Position numbers and translations under genes: made by a program. A DNA stretch of 64,000 bases from Strigamia acuminata (lineage: Eukaryota). Of the stretch, positions 10,803 to 24,200 are shown piece by piece (within the stretch, counting starts at the first letter, position 1; each line of letters starts with the position of its first letter). The stretch is taken from positions 17,112,001-17,176,000 of the forward strand of contig OX442314.1 in NCBI GenBank assembly GCA_949358305.1. Reading direction: 5' to 3'. The notes beneath the pieces are model-generated. The model was not told where the DNA came from, ran no database searches, and saw nothing but the letters and a program-made list of their open reading frames with translations.

Positions 10803-12258
10803 GTCTTAAAACGACTCAAAAACGAACAAAATTCGACAAAATGATTTTTTTAGAAAAAAGGCCCGACGGTTCTTAATCCATAACAAAACACGAGCAAACG
10901 GCTCTTCCTACTTGGCGCCATCGACGGCAGCGCCACACACTATTTGCGGCTAACAAAAACGAGTGTAAGAGCGCTTCATCTAAGAGAAAAACTTATCGAT
11001 TAGAGGGTTAAAGATGAGTGAACACTCGAGCGTTGATCCGATTAAAATATTATTCTTATATATTTTTTTTAATTTAAAAAGAAATTATTAAACAAAAGAA
11101 AATAATGAAGAAAATAAAAAATTAAATGAAAAGTTTTTGTTTTTTTTATTTCCTACCGCCGTCTATGCCACAAAACACGTCGAGTTCTGTAATTTCTATA
11201 CACATACATATGACAGGACGAAATGATACATTTTCTAACATGGTAATTTAGCAGTATTGATGATTATTTTTTTTTGTTTACTACCAAAAGTCAAAGTAAA
11301 GAAAAAAGCGCCCAATAGGGTGCACGGATTATTTGTTCAAAGGACTACTAAATAATTTCACATAAATCGCAGGAAGACCTATCTGATTTTTCAGATTTAA
11401 TTTAAAAAACGAAAAACGTAAAACAAAAAAAAACAAAAAACAAATTAAAAATTTTTTTTTGGAAATCCCAGTTTCAATAAAGTCTATCAGGTACTAACAA
11501 GAATAAAAAATAAAATGAAAAACTTTGTAAAAAGTAACGTGTAAAAATATTTTCAAAATCGAACATGTAAAATGAAAAGGCAAAAGCAGAAAAAGCCCAC
11601 GTATTTACGTATACGCACGCACACATACGGTACAGACGAAAATCTACAAACAACGTCTCTAAATATCGTTAGTATGCAAAATAAAAGTAAATGATACAAT
11701 TTTGCATAAGATTGCATCAACATGTACATTCCAATATGGCAGGTAATTTAAGTAGAGTACATTGAAAAAATACATACAAAGTTTTGCATCACAGTAGATT
11801 CGGTTACATCTAAAGATACGTATACAAAGAAAGAGCCCAGTCTAAAAGGAGCTAACGGGTTATATCAGGGAGGAGAAAGGAGGACACGACACGGGCGCCT
11901 CAAAGATCATGATCGACGGAGTCCAATCGCAACTGAATCCAAGATCGAATCGAATCGAATCAATCGAATTAAAGTGTAAACGCAACAAACAACTGTGTCA
12001 CAACTCAAATAGATATCCTTGCATCTATCTAACATCCGAAACCACATGACAGTTGACCGTAAGAAAAAACGCAAACTGCCAGTCGTAAACTCGTAATTTG
12101 ATTGAGGCCAAAGGCACAGGCCAACGCCGACGCCGACGCCACCCGCCATTCCCTGCCGCCCGTCTGCTTCATCGCTGTACGCACGGACGCAGCACGGACA
12201 TTGCTACGAACGCAGCGATGGACGCGGGCGGCTTATCACAGCTGAAGTTTGCGACATT

Positions 12259-15200
12259 TCACAAATTTTGTTGGTGTTGCTGGTGTTGTTCGTGTTGCTG
12301 ATGAGGATGATGCTGGTGTTGATCGTGTTGCGAGTGATGGTGTTGGGATGACAAGTGTGCGCCCAGATTCAGAGGACCCGGTGGAGGTCCGGCTGTTGCT
12401 AGAGCCACGTGGTTGTCGTCGTTGGCGGAAATTCCGTTGTTGGTGGCACCCGAAGAAGCGGCGGCGACGGCAGCGGCGGCTGCCAAAATCGACTCCCGTT
12501 CCCTCCGCTCCGCGGCCGCTCGACTAAGCACGTACTGCGCAGCAAACTGATGCTTGGGATCCATGCGCATGTGTTCCATGTGACTCAACAAACCTGCGAG
12601 AGTTACAAGGATCGAAACGCTGACCCCTCGACTCGGACACACCCCCTCCAAACATCATCATCCACTCACCTGACTCCTGAGTGAAGACGCTCTGGCACAC
12701 GCTGCACGGCCACATTCGCAGCGGGGACGCCATACTCGACGTTTCGGGATGACTGGCTATGTGTTTACGTAAAGAACCTTCGTTCACGTAAGTCTTCCCG
12801 CATACTGGACATGGATGATTGGCCATACGACGTTTGCCTAAACCGAGAAATAAAGCTAAGAAGAACAAAAACACTCAAAACTCTCAAGTAGGGCTAAAGT
12901 CAAATCATCAACTCTCCCGCTCGCTCGCTAGCTCGCCTCGCCTCGCCTCGCCTTTCCCGCGCTTCCAACTTTTCTTTCGCATTGCACGGATTTCCAATTC
13001 CTCTTCTAGCTTGTCAGTGTATACACTTACCTTGCTTCGCTACAGTTAATATAAAAATGCAATGACAGAAAACTGCACTTACGAGTTACGCACTCTATAT
13101 ACATCTATATCTATATCTATTGTAATACATATTAACACATTCACGGCTATACGCATTTACACTTTAGGCATATATACTTGTACTTTCACTCATTCGCTCA
13201 TTCAGTTCTTATTTGTGTTGTAAATTGAGTGTGTGTTCTTCACTGTGATATAAAAGAACCCTTTGAGCGAACGCACTGAAAAAGGACAAGGAAAGGAATT
13301 AGGAAACCGCGCCTACTGTTCTCGTTTAACAAACTCGAATTCTAATTCCAAGCACTCAAATTGAGATTTTGTTTTTTTGCAAAAGAATGGTAATAAAATA
13401 TATACCGTGTATATATATATATACTATACATAAGTAACTGCACTAAAAGTAAAATATAAATAGAAAACGAATAGATGTTTATGGGACTCAAATGCGGGGG
13501 ACTCAAAGGGTTCCTCCTCCAGTGAGTCGGAATCACAGCACAATCGCTCAACCGGTTATTTCCTTTTTAAAATCATTTTTTATTTCAATAATAATTGCAA
13601 GTCAAAAAAAATGGAACATTGTTTTTTTTGTTTCGTCATCAGTTTACAGTAAAATTGGATTAATTAATTAATTAATTAATTTTTAATTTACAGCAGATTG
13701 AACACTGCATTAGTCAACTACAAAAACCAACTGCGCCCTCAAAGTGCCTTCCGCCATATTTGATACACACAAATTACACTAATATTTTGTATATAATAAT
13801 TATATTATTATTATATATATAAAAAAAGAATATCTTGTTTCGACAACTACCACTTATCAATCGATTAACCTAAGTGAGAGACGAGGGCGCGACATATTTG
13901 AGTGATGAGGTAGTAGACAAAGTGAACCACCCAAAATCGAGCGAGGAACTCATGGCACCGAGGAACAAAACTCGCCACAAAAATGCAAAAAACCAGACAC
14001 ACATTCCTGAATTTGAGCAGAAAAGCAACACCGTAGTCGCCATTTTTCGTTTTCTTTAGTTTTTTTGTTTGTTTCTTTTTATCCAAAAAACTATTCTACT
14101 TAGGAACATGATAGTCATAGTCAGTAGTTTGTTTATTGCCACACACACACACAAGAGTGTCTTTTTGTTTTAATTTTTCAAAATGTCTTGTCCTCGACTT
14201 CAGATTTCAAAAAATGTAAAATGTTTTAAATTTAAAAAAAGAAATCTTTTAAAATAAAATAAGAAAAAAAAAGACTAATTATTAAAAGAAATAATAATAA
14301 TAATAATAATAATAATGATAATAATAATAATAATAATAATATTAAAAATAAGAAAGAAAATAAAACAAATAGAGGTCAATTGGGACGAAATGATAAATTG
14401 TCAGGCAGGCGAGTGACTTTCGGTGCCCAATTTTATTATTTTGTTTTAATATATATATATACATATAATATACTGTATCTTTATATTTTGATTGATTCAT
14501 TTTTTTTCAAAATGTTTTTAACAACAATTTTTATTTTTAAATATTTTGATTTATTTTTAATTCATAAATTTTTAACTTTTCAAGTTGCTTATAACTCTAA
14601 TTTGGACAGCACTATTCAAAATTGGGCTGCCGTTTTTGATATGATATTAATAAGGAACGTGGTAGTGGATGGTGATGATTTAAAACTAATTTCTTTTTAA
14701 ATTACAGTAAAACAAATAAAACAAATATAACAAATAAAACAAATAAAAATAAAAATAAAAAATTAAACAAAAAAAAACAACAACAAATAAAGCAAATAAA
14801 GAATAAACAAAAAGTAATTAATATTTATATATAGTTAAAGATAAGATATGGATATTATATGATCGTATACTGGGGGAAAAGAGTTGAGCAACGCGCACAT
14901 GGCGTCCGCACGAACACTTTGGCATTGTTCGATCATCAAAAACTGATCAACACATTGGTATACATACCGGAAGCAAGTTCAAATTAGTCAAGGCGGTATA
15001 TATATAATAATACATTATTATATATAGATATATATATATATATATATTTATATATTTTTTAATATAAGTTTGCGACTGCAGCCACTCCCCAATGAGTATA
15101 CAAATGACCAACATTTGAGTCCCATAAGCAAAAAAATGTACAAACATCAGGTGCAAATGACCAGCGCCAAAATCGAAAAGAAAATAAGTAAAATTAATTT

Positions 15201-18200
15201 TTTGTTTCTTTCAAAAAAAGAGTGGGGGCGAAAAATGTCAACAACGACAACGTCATTATTATTAAGTGAAAAGAGAGAGAGAGAGTTTGCAGAGTCAAGG
15301 TGACAAACAGAGAAAGTTCGAGACAGAATAAGTTGTACTGACACAGGACAGGACAAAGGACCTTTTGAGTGCTTGTTACATAGGAAATAAATATGTAAAA
15401 AAGAAAAGAAATCACGGCAATGTCCTGTTTGATCTTTTAGAAAGACGGACGAATACTTGTTTAAATTTCTATTTGATTAGTGTCCGATTTGCCTACGACC
15501 GATATCGGTGAGCATAAATGGCGCGGAGTACGGGGAATATGAGTGGTGTTAAAGGGGTGAAAGGTAAGACGGGTTCTAGGTGAACGGGAGGACGGAGAAA
15601 GATAAAGAGAGAAAGGAAGTCACTGGTGGATGGGGGGCTCGCCTGCCTGGGCATCTGGGGCCCCCGTGACGTAAGATTACAAGTTCAAGAAGGAGGGGCC
15701 AGTGGACAGAGGTGGAGGCGGCAAAGGCAGTGGCCTTGCCGGCGGATGCGGAGGAAGGAGGGGAAATGCGCGGGCGTGGGTGTGGCCGCCACCCCCTCTC
15801 TTGCGGGCTCTCTTACTTGCGACCCCGGTGGCATTAGGATCCTTGTGAGCTGTGCGCATATGATCCATCAGTGCTTCACTCCCGAGAAACATCTTGTGGC
15901 ACATGGGACACGATTGCGAATTTTGACCGCCAATGAGAGCTGCGTGTTGCTGTTTTCGTGAAGAAGCAAATAAGAAATGGTCATCATTAACACCGCGTTT
16001 CAATTTCAAGTAGGTACAATATTTGCTTCATTAAATTCCTTCTAAGTTCTAACCTTGGAAGTATGTGTGCGCAGGCTGCTCTCAGAGGCGAAACCTTTGC
16101 CGCAAATAGAGCAGTGGAAGGGTCTATTCTTGGATCTTTCTACTTGGCTGTCGTGATTTCGAAGATGTTGTTGTAAGTTGGACAGCTGGATAAAGGCGCG
16201 TCCACATTCTGGTAAATGGCATTTGTAAGGTCGTTCTCCTGTGAAATAGATCGAAAAACAACGAAATGTAGAAGAAAAAATAATAATAACAATAAGAGGA
16301 ATTCGGGGTGTGCACGCAGTTGTCGCTTTTCGCATATAGCCAGCGTCAATTAACGCTGCGTCAATGTCGGATTAGGTCCATTTGGTCTAATGGAATTGCC
16401 AACCGAACAGTCCTAGGTCGATTTAACTGCGTTTGCTAGGTGAATCGTTCGTACATTACTCATGAGCCCTTCCATCATCCGTCTCTTGACTCATTCAACC
16501 CTTTGGTGCGACGTGACCGGGCGACGCGCCGCTCGAAAAGGGGGAAGCGCGAGTGCTTTTTCATGTTTTGTCCGAGCATGTAAATAAGGCGAATGACGTC
16601 AGTGGATGAGAGAGACTCGAGTCTCTGACACCTCATGAGAAACCAAAAGGGGGCGGTATACGAACTGCCCTCCTTCTTTGCCCCGACACTATTAAAAATG
16701 AAAGGCGGCAAGCCACGAGGCTCCCCTCGAGGGCGTGGTGCTCTCGTGCCTGGGAAAGCGAGCGCGTGCAAGGTCAAAGGTGCACGTGGCACACACGACG
16801 GGACTCATCACGGAAACAACAAAAACCCACGCAAACTCTTTGCCTACCTACTATCATACCTCAATCCCTCAATTTATTAAATTAAACCTTTTCCTTTCTT
16901 TTTGATTACATTTTTTTAATTACGTTTCTACAAATTGGCTTTCTACATGTATATCAATTAATTCTATTTCATTAATTATTATATATTTTAATTGCAATAA
17001 GGAGTAAAAAATTAAGGTGTGTCCACCAAAAGCAATGGCTGCTATGGGGTTCCCTTTCGCGCTCACTCTCACTCTCTCTCTCCCTTTCTTTCTTTATGAC
17101 GTTGATGTCCACTGCCAATGCAGATGGCGCTCCCTTGGCAGTGGCTCATTTACATGCGGGCGTCTCCCCCATACCTGGCGGGAAGGGCTCGCCATCCATT
17201 ACCCTTTGTATGCCTCTCAAGATGAATTCGGCTGGTGGGCCCGCAGAATAACCTTTTGGCGCGCGATAAATCACGAGCTCCGTGGCATCCCCCCTTCTCT
17301 TCTCACAACAACAACAACAGCCGCTGCCTGCCTTCGCTTCGGCGTTCGTTCGTTCGTTCGTTCGTTCGTTCCTTCTTCCTTCCTTCCTTCCCCACCCTCC
17401 TCATCCTGGTTGCGCCTCATGCAAATGAGTCCTTTGTTCCCCATCGCTGGGCCCATTGGCGAGCCCAGTTCGCTTCCCCGAGGATTTACCCGAGTCATAG
17501 TGGCCGTTGGCCCATCTGCGCCTCGTCTCTTGTGTCCAACACTGACCGTTCACCCGTTCCTCCCCCCATTTCTTATCGCCCAACGTCCGTGCGTCCCCCC
17601 ACCCCCCGGTGCCCGCATTTTTCTCGCTAATTAATTAAAAGCGCTAAAAAATTAATCTCATGTACACTGGCAATGAGATTCAGGCGAGGAACGACCAATA
17701 CGGAAGCGGCTTGGAAATCTCACCCTTCGACAGCCAATGAGGAGAACCGGCTTAAATAGGATTCCAATTAATCACTCGAGTTGAGTGACGCGCGCGCGTT
17801 GCAATGGGGGTTTGCATACTGACCCCTAATCTCCCCCCATCGCATCCCTCGATTCCCACTTGGAAACATTTGTTCTCTTCTCGGGTCGCTCGAGCAGCGG
17901 AACCAATCGCGCCTACTGCAACGGGACCCCTCAAGCCGACACCCAGGGCGACCAAGCAAAAAAACAACAAAAAACAAAAGACACTTTAAAAAAAAAATTG
18001 AAAGAAAGAAAGAAACAAAAAGAAAAAAAATTCGAGGGACCGGTTACCGAACGTGACGTCACTTTTTCAATGGCTTACCGTACGCTTAAAAACGTGAAAA
18101 TGTAAACTAGGTGATAAGATAAAATAAAGATAGGGCAATAAATGTTTCTTTTCTTTTTTTCTCGAGAGAACGAGAGACAGAAAAAGCGGGAGACCGGTTT

Positions 18201-20636
18201 GCTAAACGTGAGTTAATTTTTAAAAAGATTACGGTGGTTTGAAAAAAAATTAGAAAGGTGTGTATAATTGCTGGGTTTAGAAGCTGTGATAAAAAATGAA
18301 GATTGGACCGGTTAATAAATATAAGCCCATTTCCTTGCACGCAAAAAAAGAGTAAATAAAAATGGCGACAACGAGTGAGTGTGAGCGGAGAAAAAATAGA
18401 CGCAGTTTACTGTTTAAACAGTGGCTTTTAGGAGAGTTGTTAAACGTGTTGTGGTTTTTTACAATGTGAGAAAAAAATTGAAATGCTAATAAATCTTGTT
18501 TAAGTAAACCGAAGAATTAAATGAAATAAAAATCTGTTTTTTTCTTCTTAATTTGTTGTTTTGTTTTTCTGTTTCTTATATAGATAAAGAGAAGAATTAT
18601 AAAATTTGGTGAATGTTTTTTGCTTTACATTTAATTCTATAGAGAAAAACTAAAAAATTACGCAAAATTGAATGCGATGAACTATAATTATCGTTAAAAA
18701 AATATTTATTGGACTAAATTTGCATGTATTTCAATGGAGCAATAAGATATGTTTTTCCGTTTGATAAATTCGTTACCGACAATCACCGAAATCTAAAAAT
18801 GAACTGAAATTTTTTTAAACTAAATATTCAAACTATAGAATATAACATGGAAAAAGTACAAGCACATTCAATACACCAATCTAAATGGAAGATTTCACAT
18901 GTTAAATTTTCAATTTCAATTTACACCGGCTTAAAATCTAAAAACAAGTTTAAATGAATTTAAAAACGCGTCTAGTATTCCATAAATCAAAGACTAATTC
19001 AACAATAAACCCTTGTTTTGTCCATCATTGAGCTATCAAAGAATTTTTCATTTTTTCTGAAACACTCATCCGTGCAATTAAAAAAAAATACGACCAAAAA
19101 AACTACACGCACACACCACACACGAAAGAAAAAAGAATGGACAAAAACTGGTTGTAACAAACAACCGAATTAGCGTGAAAAAAAAACACAAATAAGAGTG
19201 AAAAAATGAACATGAGGTTATATTTTATATTATCAACGGCAGCCGGAAAATAACGGTATACCCACAACCCATAAGAAGCTGAAATTCGGCTGAAATTACA
19301 TCCGAGCGAACATCAAGTTACGAAACCATAAACTCGACTAATTCCTAAGATTGTATTTAATTAAAAACCCGTAGTAGTATATTTAAAGTAACCGGAACAA
19401 TTGACCAAACTAGAGTGTTATTCATTGGCCAATATTAACAACATTCTGGTTCTCCCCAGCCGCAATGTGCAGTGTCCAGTCTCTCTCTCGCTCTCTCTCT
19501 CCATCTCCCTCTCCCACTAGCCATCCAGATCGTGTCCACTCACCATTCATTCACCAATGAGAAGGAAGGGTTTAATTTCTTACCTGTGTGTAGTCGTGTG
19601 TGCTGCTGGACATGAGATAGTTGCTTGAATCTTCTTTCACAGTAGGAGCACTTGTAGGGCTTTTCACCCGTGTGGATTCGAATGTGCTGAACCAACTGAT
19701 GGTTACTGGAGAACGACTTGAGACATTGCTGGCACTGATGAGGCTTCAACTCGCCGCGATGAACCTCACGAGCATGGTGCTGCATGGCCGACTTGTGCAA
19801 AAAGATCTGCACAAACAAACACACACACAAAACTGACCACACCCGACGAAAACCACACCAACAACAATAACAAGATATAACCCATAATAACAAAAACAAA
19901 CTACCACGACTATGAGTGTGAGCAACCAAAAGGAGTTTAAAAAAAAGGATAAAAAATAAACCCCGAACCACAAAGTAATAACCCTTTGGTCTCGTCCATC
20001 ACGACTCTAGCCGCCATCTTGAAGAAGACCGGTTTCACGACAACCCTTTAAGCTCCAACCGATTTATTTCGCACCTGCAACGAACTCAACGTAGGCCCAG
20101 AAGCAAAAGGCGAAGGACGGGGACCGCCACATGCGATCGGGGAAGAGTCGACCGAATCGGCCTCAGATCGCGACACGGCGCGCTGGGATGGACCCACCGC
20201 GTTCCCGTGAAGCGAATACGAGCCGCCGCCGCCGCCGCCTCCGCCCCCGCTCCCGTTGCCCGTGCCTGATCCATCGTTGTTTTGTTGTTGGCCATTGTTC
20301 ACCTGAGGAACTCCGCTGTTTGTACCCTGAAACGACAAAAAAAGCAAAATTGATTCGAAAAAAGTTGGCGATAAAAAGAATGTAGCAGAAAGACGAACAA
20401 AAAAGTATAAAGAGAAAAAACAATGTTGGAAAAAAAAGATACAGCAAGAGGCCATGAGCGAAACACGCAAGTGAGACGCGGCGCAGACGCCGGAAAGAGA
20501 TCGACCGCGGGTTGCGTAAAAAAAATAAAAAAGGACAGCAAAGCCGGGAGTCTTTCGGCCGACGTTGTGTAAAGACTTAAAAGGCATCGATGGACACGGG
20601 ACTCACCTGATGAGAAGAGGAACCCAGAGGAGCCAT
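12259..20636 (-). CDS. dati: datilografo-type (LIN-29/ZNF384/ZNF362 family) C2H2 zinc-finger transcription factor: 7 complete fingers plus the C-terminal half of finger 1
   Basis: Exons 20636-20607 (tentative start), 20326-20075, 19806-19584, 16238-16054, 15949-15817, (13039-13031), 12837-12670, 12593-12259, all phase-compatible; [88 protein letters not shown]. Confidence 0.85.
13031..13039 (-). CDS. candidate 9-nt microexon of the dati-type unit
   Basis: cattgcatttttatattaactgtag|CGAAGCAAG|gtaagt; phase 1-1 as required by the flanking exons, changing S to TKQG before KRRMANHPC. Confidence 0.6.
14290..14340 (+). repeat. (AAT)n microsatellite
   Basis: About 17 AAT units with one GAT interruption. 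Confidence 0.9.
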
Positions 20637-21186
20637 GGAGAGCGCAATCCTTTGCGCTCAGCGTCGGCAGCTCATGAAGAACCGCTCGGTATTAAGCATT
20701 TACATTTTTTAGATGAGGAGAAAATCAATAATTTTTCCAAAGCGGCGTTCAAGCGTGCGTCCCTCCCCCAACCAGAGAGAGAGAGAGATGTGCGCGCGCG
20801 CAAAAAAGGGGCGCCTCGAGCCGAGCCACATGAATACTTGTCCTGCTGGGACAAGATGGCGGAGGGTGGGGATGGGGACAGCAAGAAAAAGGTGCCACAA
20901 ACGACAACGGGGTGTTTTTATGATAAACAAAACAAGCCATTAGTGCGACAAAAATAAGCATACACACCCTCCCTTACCGACGTGCAATGGACGCGCCGAA
21001 AACGCAGCTGAAAGGGGTTGATCATTTTGACACCGAGGGAGAGAGATACCACGTTCAACCCTTTGGTCCCAACAATCAGGGTCCGGGAACGCAGCGTCAA
21101 AAAATCAAAATGGTTGAAACGTCAATAATGAATGAGGAAAAACGGGCTCCACAAAGGGCGACCACATTCAAAAAGAACCCCAAAAA

Positions 21187-21217
<31 letters not shown>

Positions 21218-24200
21218 AAATGAAAGAATGAATGAAAGTTAAAAAAATAAAAAAAATCTGAAAAAGTGGTTTCGCGTTTCATCTTACCATTGGAGAGGAC
21301 TCGAGTGGTATTTGTAGGATTTGACTTGACCACATTTTGACTTTTGTGAGGTGAACCAACGCCAGCGCTTTCTTAAGGACGCAAATCCCCCGCACCTCAC
21401 CTCAAAAGTCTCACACACCACCCCCACAATGCTACCGTTCTCACCTGAAACTATGTGGGAACTCGATGGTCGAGCTCGTTATCAGATCCAAGAGGTAAAC
21501 AAAGACACAAACACACAATCACATACACAACCAACGACACTTTACAGCAAAAAATATTGCTTCGGAAAAAAAACGACACACCCCCGCGCCATGAGGTGAA
21601 GCACCTGAGAAATAATCAAGCTTAGGCGCCACTTTTTCTTACCGCCTGGCTTATCCCAGGTGAGTCAGCCCCGATTGCCCTTAGCGTCTCTTTGCTAAGA
21701 TTTATAGGCTGTAATTTCAACAAAGTATTGTAATTAAGCATAGCGAACCACAAGAAAAACTCATCAACGTGGACTTCTTTTGACAAGAACCTGTCCCTCG
21801 TCATCAGTGAACGCTAGTGTACGCTACCATAGTGTGTTTTAATGAAGAAAATGTGATTCCGTGTGCATAAAAAATACAGGGCTTCGTTTTCAATTAAAAA
21901 ATAAGAGAGAAAAAGAGAAAAAGAGAGCGAGGAGGAGAGAAAAGAAATTGTGAATCGGTCCCCGTTACCCTTCATTTCGCTCGTTTTCGTGTAGCGTTTT
22001 TGCCCACCCCCTTTGGGTGCCATTAATTGGCTCGGTTAATAAGAGATCGCCCACCCAGCCGACAATTACGAGGCCAAGGTACGTATCTGGTAAAGAGGGA
22101 GGTAAAAGGAGGAGAGGAGAGGAAAGGGGGTTGTGAGGGAGGTGCTAATTTGTGCTTTGTTTCCGCACTAATTCAATTTATACAACTCGAAGACACTCCG
22201 CCGCCATTAAAGTGAAGCTAACAGAATTTCGAGTTGGATTGACGAGCCGTGCCAAAAAACACCCACTGGACACACAAATTAATAAATGATAAAGAAGGAA
22301 AAGGGGAAAAAAAAGAAGGAGAAAGAGAAAGGATAGAGAGAAACAAAGATGGTGGAAAGCTTTGACGTCATCATGTTGGTCAACATCTCCCCTCCCTCTC
22401 CGTTCAGCCTCTAAACATCAATAGGACCAAGGGGCGGAGGATGTAAACAAGAGACACGAACGCAGCTGGTCACAACAGCACAACGGACTCAACGGGTTAA
22501 GACGTTAAGACAAAGGAAGGAGCGTGAAAAATATGGCGACCGATGTCGGATTTAGGAGCTGCGGGATCAAAGGTGAGAAAAAAGTGACCGGTTTCTGTGG
22601 GAGAAGATGAAAACAGAGCGAGGGGAACGAGGAGGGGGAAATTCTCATTAACGATCCGAGATGACTTCATCTTAGGAAATTAATAAATTAATTAAAGATG
22701 AACGTCTTGGGGCTTACGACTTATTAAAAACTAGAAGCGAACGCGAAAGGCCAAAAATCTAAAAACGCATATGGGTGGGTAGAGAAAAAATTGCCGAAAA
22801 AAGGGGAACGCTTCGAAAAAATAATTAAAAAAACAGAAAAACAAACCATGCAAAAGAAACAGTCACAGAAAAAAGTTTTTTCTTTTTTTTTCCCGTAACC
22901 TTTAATTAACATGTAGTGAAATAATTAAGAAGACGGAATATTCGAAAACTGAGTGGCGGGTTTCTGAAGTGAGTGTTGAACCCCACGAAAAGCCACCCCT
23001 AAGACACCCACCTCCACTCCAAACAGAAAAGAAATTTCCCCTCCCCCGTTCCACTCACTGTTGCGGGGAAAGAAAAGGGAGTCGTGGAATCCCACTTGAC
23101 TCAACCTGGCTCCTCACCTGGCCATTCCAGGCACGTGCTACCACTCTACAAAAGGTAACCTGCGACTATACCCGATCGCGCCACTATTTCATATACCTAA
23201 TTCTGCATTCGGGCCGGATTTAATTCGATTTATTCATGGTATTTCTAATTCTTGCCTTATTCTTTATTTATTTATTTTTCCTGCAGAGAATTAAATGCGG
23301 AGAAATTGAGAGACAAAGATGGTTTGAAGATAAGCGAAGACAATACGGCAATGGGAGAAAGATGAACGTGTTTCTATCCGTTAGAAACCACTCGAGTTGG
23401 ACCGGATTTGAAAGCTGTTGTTGGTGCTTTGGTTTTGGCTCCGTGTTGACTGTTTGCTGTGAGACAAAAGAACCCAACCCCCAACCAACCGATTGAAAGG
23501 ACGTGCAGGACAAAAATGGCCGCCCCAACTCAAGTGACAACTTGAAGAGGATTTGGATAAAACAAAAAAAGCGTTTTGGATTTATAAGATGATTTCGTAA
23601 CTGAGGTTTTATAAAAATCTGCGAATTAGGGTTCGAACTTTCGGTCCGTTTTACCGACATATAAACTAGAGATAAAATTTCAAACGAAAAAGAAAAAAAA
23701 AAATGGAGAAAACTTGTGCAGTGTAATTAGAGCTACCTCGAGGAAATTTTAATCACTTTTACCTGATCAAAATGGAAATTTAACTGCACTCTCACTCAAA
23801 TTAGTAGAGTTGCATTTTTTTCCCCTCATTTTTCTAATATCTTTGAATATTCAATGCAGAGCGACGCCTCATTGGTCGATGCTGGTCACACGAACCACTC
23901 AGCATGGAGCAATGGCCGCCGCGTGAATGATTGCAAATGAGTCAAATGTCAATTAGGGTTCATAGACTGGCCGCGAACGCCCTCGGACCGTTCGCAGACG
24001 CAACGGGTTAAAAATGAGAACTGAAAAGCCAAAACGATGAAGTGGAAAACGAGATGGCGATGAAGATGAAGATGAAGATGCTCCTACCTGATGTCGATAT
24101 CACGATGAGTACAGAAGAGGAGGAAGAAGATGCGCATCGTCAACAAGATGCCACAGGAACGCAAAAGTGGTGTGCACCCGCGGGAACGCTGTACAAACGC

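Noticed and set aside
13906..13930. let-7 miRNA gene on the + strand
   Set aside because: Identity stops after 11 nt and I see no hairpin partner; better read as a target site on the - strand.
17017..17634. 205-aa + strand ORF and the many other 60-220 aa ORFs in 17-64 kb
   Set aside because: Low-complexity or microsatellite-derived, or antisense to real exons; no recognisable domains.
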